This document shows, one piece after another, positions 63,100-64,000 of a DNA stretch of 64,000 bases (position 1 is its first letter; each line of letters opens with the position of its first letter). The notes under the pieces were generated by a model that saw only the letters and a program-made list of their open reading frames with translations, was not told the origin of the DNA and searched no databases. The position numbers and the translations under genes are program-made. This DNA is from Octopus vulgaris (Eukaryota), in NCBI GenBank assembly GCA_951406725.2, contig OX597837.1:47864001-47928000 (forward strand), given 5' to 3'.

Positions 63100-64000
63100 A
63101 ATGTGTAAAGCTGCTGTGTAAAAGAAAGAGTGTAACTGTTGAAGTTGCATGAATATGTTGGTAGTCCATCAGTGTCTGTGTTCTCACCAATGAGAGCACA
63201 TGTGACTCTGCATTCTAGAGCTGGAAACACATGCGCACCGACAAGTGTCACAACAATAATCTGTTGTCTGGATTGAGCCAGATGCTGTCCTGTGATGTTT
63301 GTGTTTTGCAGCAGCAACATGGTGGTGGTGGTCCTCTTTGCAGACAGTTGCTGCTGCATCTGAGGTGAGAGATGTCTATGTTGATCTGTCTGTGGCTGAA
63401 GCTTCAAGTTCGTATGAACTAATGCTGCTCCATTTGCGGTTGCTTTCTAGGATGTCCTTGTACCTCAGTTTAAGCCATCCCTGTTTGTGTGACCCCTGCT
63501 TGCCAATATAACAGCTGTCAGCCATTCTGATGATATGGCCAGTCCAGCATAGCTGAACCTTCAGCAGCATTGACCCAATGCTTTTTCAATCAGCTCTGTC
63601 AAGCACTTTTTGGTTTGTCACTCTGTTCTGCCAGTAAATGTCCATGATACTGTGCACTACCCTTGTATGAAACTGCTTGATGTGCAGGCAGTATAGGGTC
63701 TATGTTTCACACCCATAGAGTAGTGTAGAGATGACTACAGCCTTGTAGACTGAGCTTTGTTGTCAGTCTGATGTCTTTTTGCTGGAGGTCTTTCACTTTC
63801 AATCTTCCAAGTGATTGGCTGGCCCTGCAGATTCCATATGAGATTTCGCCGTCCAATGATCCATCAGCTAAGATTGTGCTGCCAAGGTACTTGAAGCTCT
63901 CCACACACTTAAGCAGAGCCCCACCAGTAGTGGTGTATGGCTGTAGGTGAATTGTATTTGAGGCTGCTTGAACTAAGACCTCCATTTTCTCAAGGCTAAT
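63100..64000 (-). mobile_element. Degraded RTE-clade LINE 3' region (another family; runs off window)
   Basis: LKCVESFKYLGSTI..DGSLDGEI...ASQSLGRLK; MLLKVQLCWTGHIIRM...LRYKD. Confidence 0.8.

Noticed and set aside
62290-63100. Possible DNA-transposon fragment (CpG-richer AT-rich block)
   Set aside because: No TIRs, TSD or recognisable protein motif could be established by eye

Overview
AT-rich, repeat-dense eukaryotic genomic DNA. The repeat families look like those of coleoid cephalopods (probably Octopus; this is an inference). The whole window lies inside one + strand gene, CSE1L/exportin-2 (CAS). I traced 19 internal coding exons from 1565 to 59250 (2110 nt, one continuous frame when spliced); the gene starts before and ends after the window, and one intron uses a GC donor. 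The introns carry many mostly defective transposable elements: RTE-clade LINEs whose ORF2 contains a PHD finger, an R4/Dong-like RLE LINE sitting in (TAA)n, CR1/L2-like remnants, mariner, piggyBac, Helitron and Penelope-like fragments, SINEs and microsatellites. The most notable non-coding signal is an intact minimal type I hammerhead ribozyme (44283-44327, minus strand) inside a 353-bp terminally redundant unit next to a Penelope-like ORF fragment, i.e. a candidate retrozyme or pLTR. There is also a near-perfect 173-bp palindrome and several inverted-repeat pairs. TE boundaries without TIRs or TSDs are approximate.
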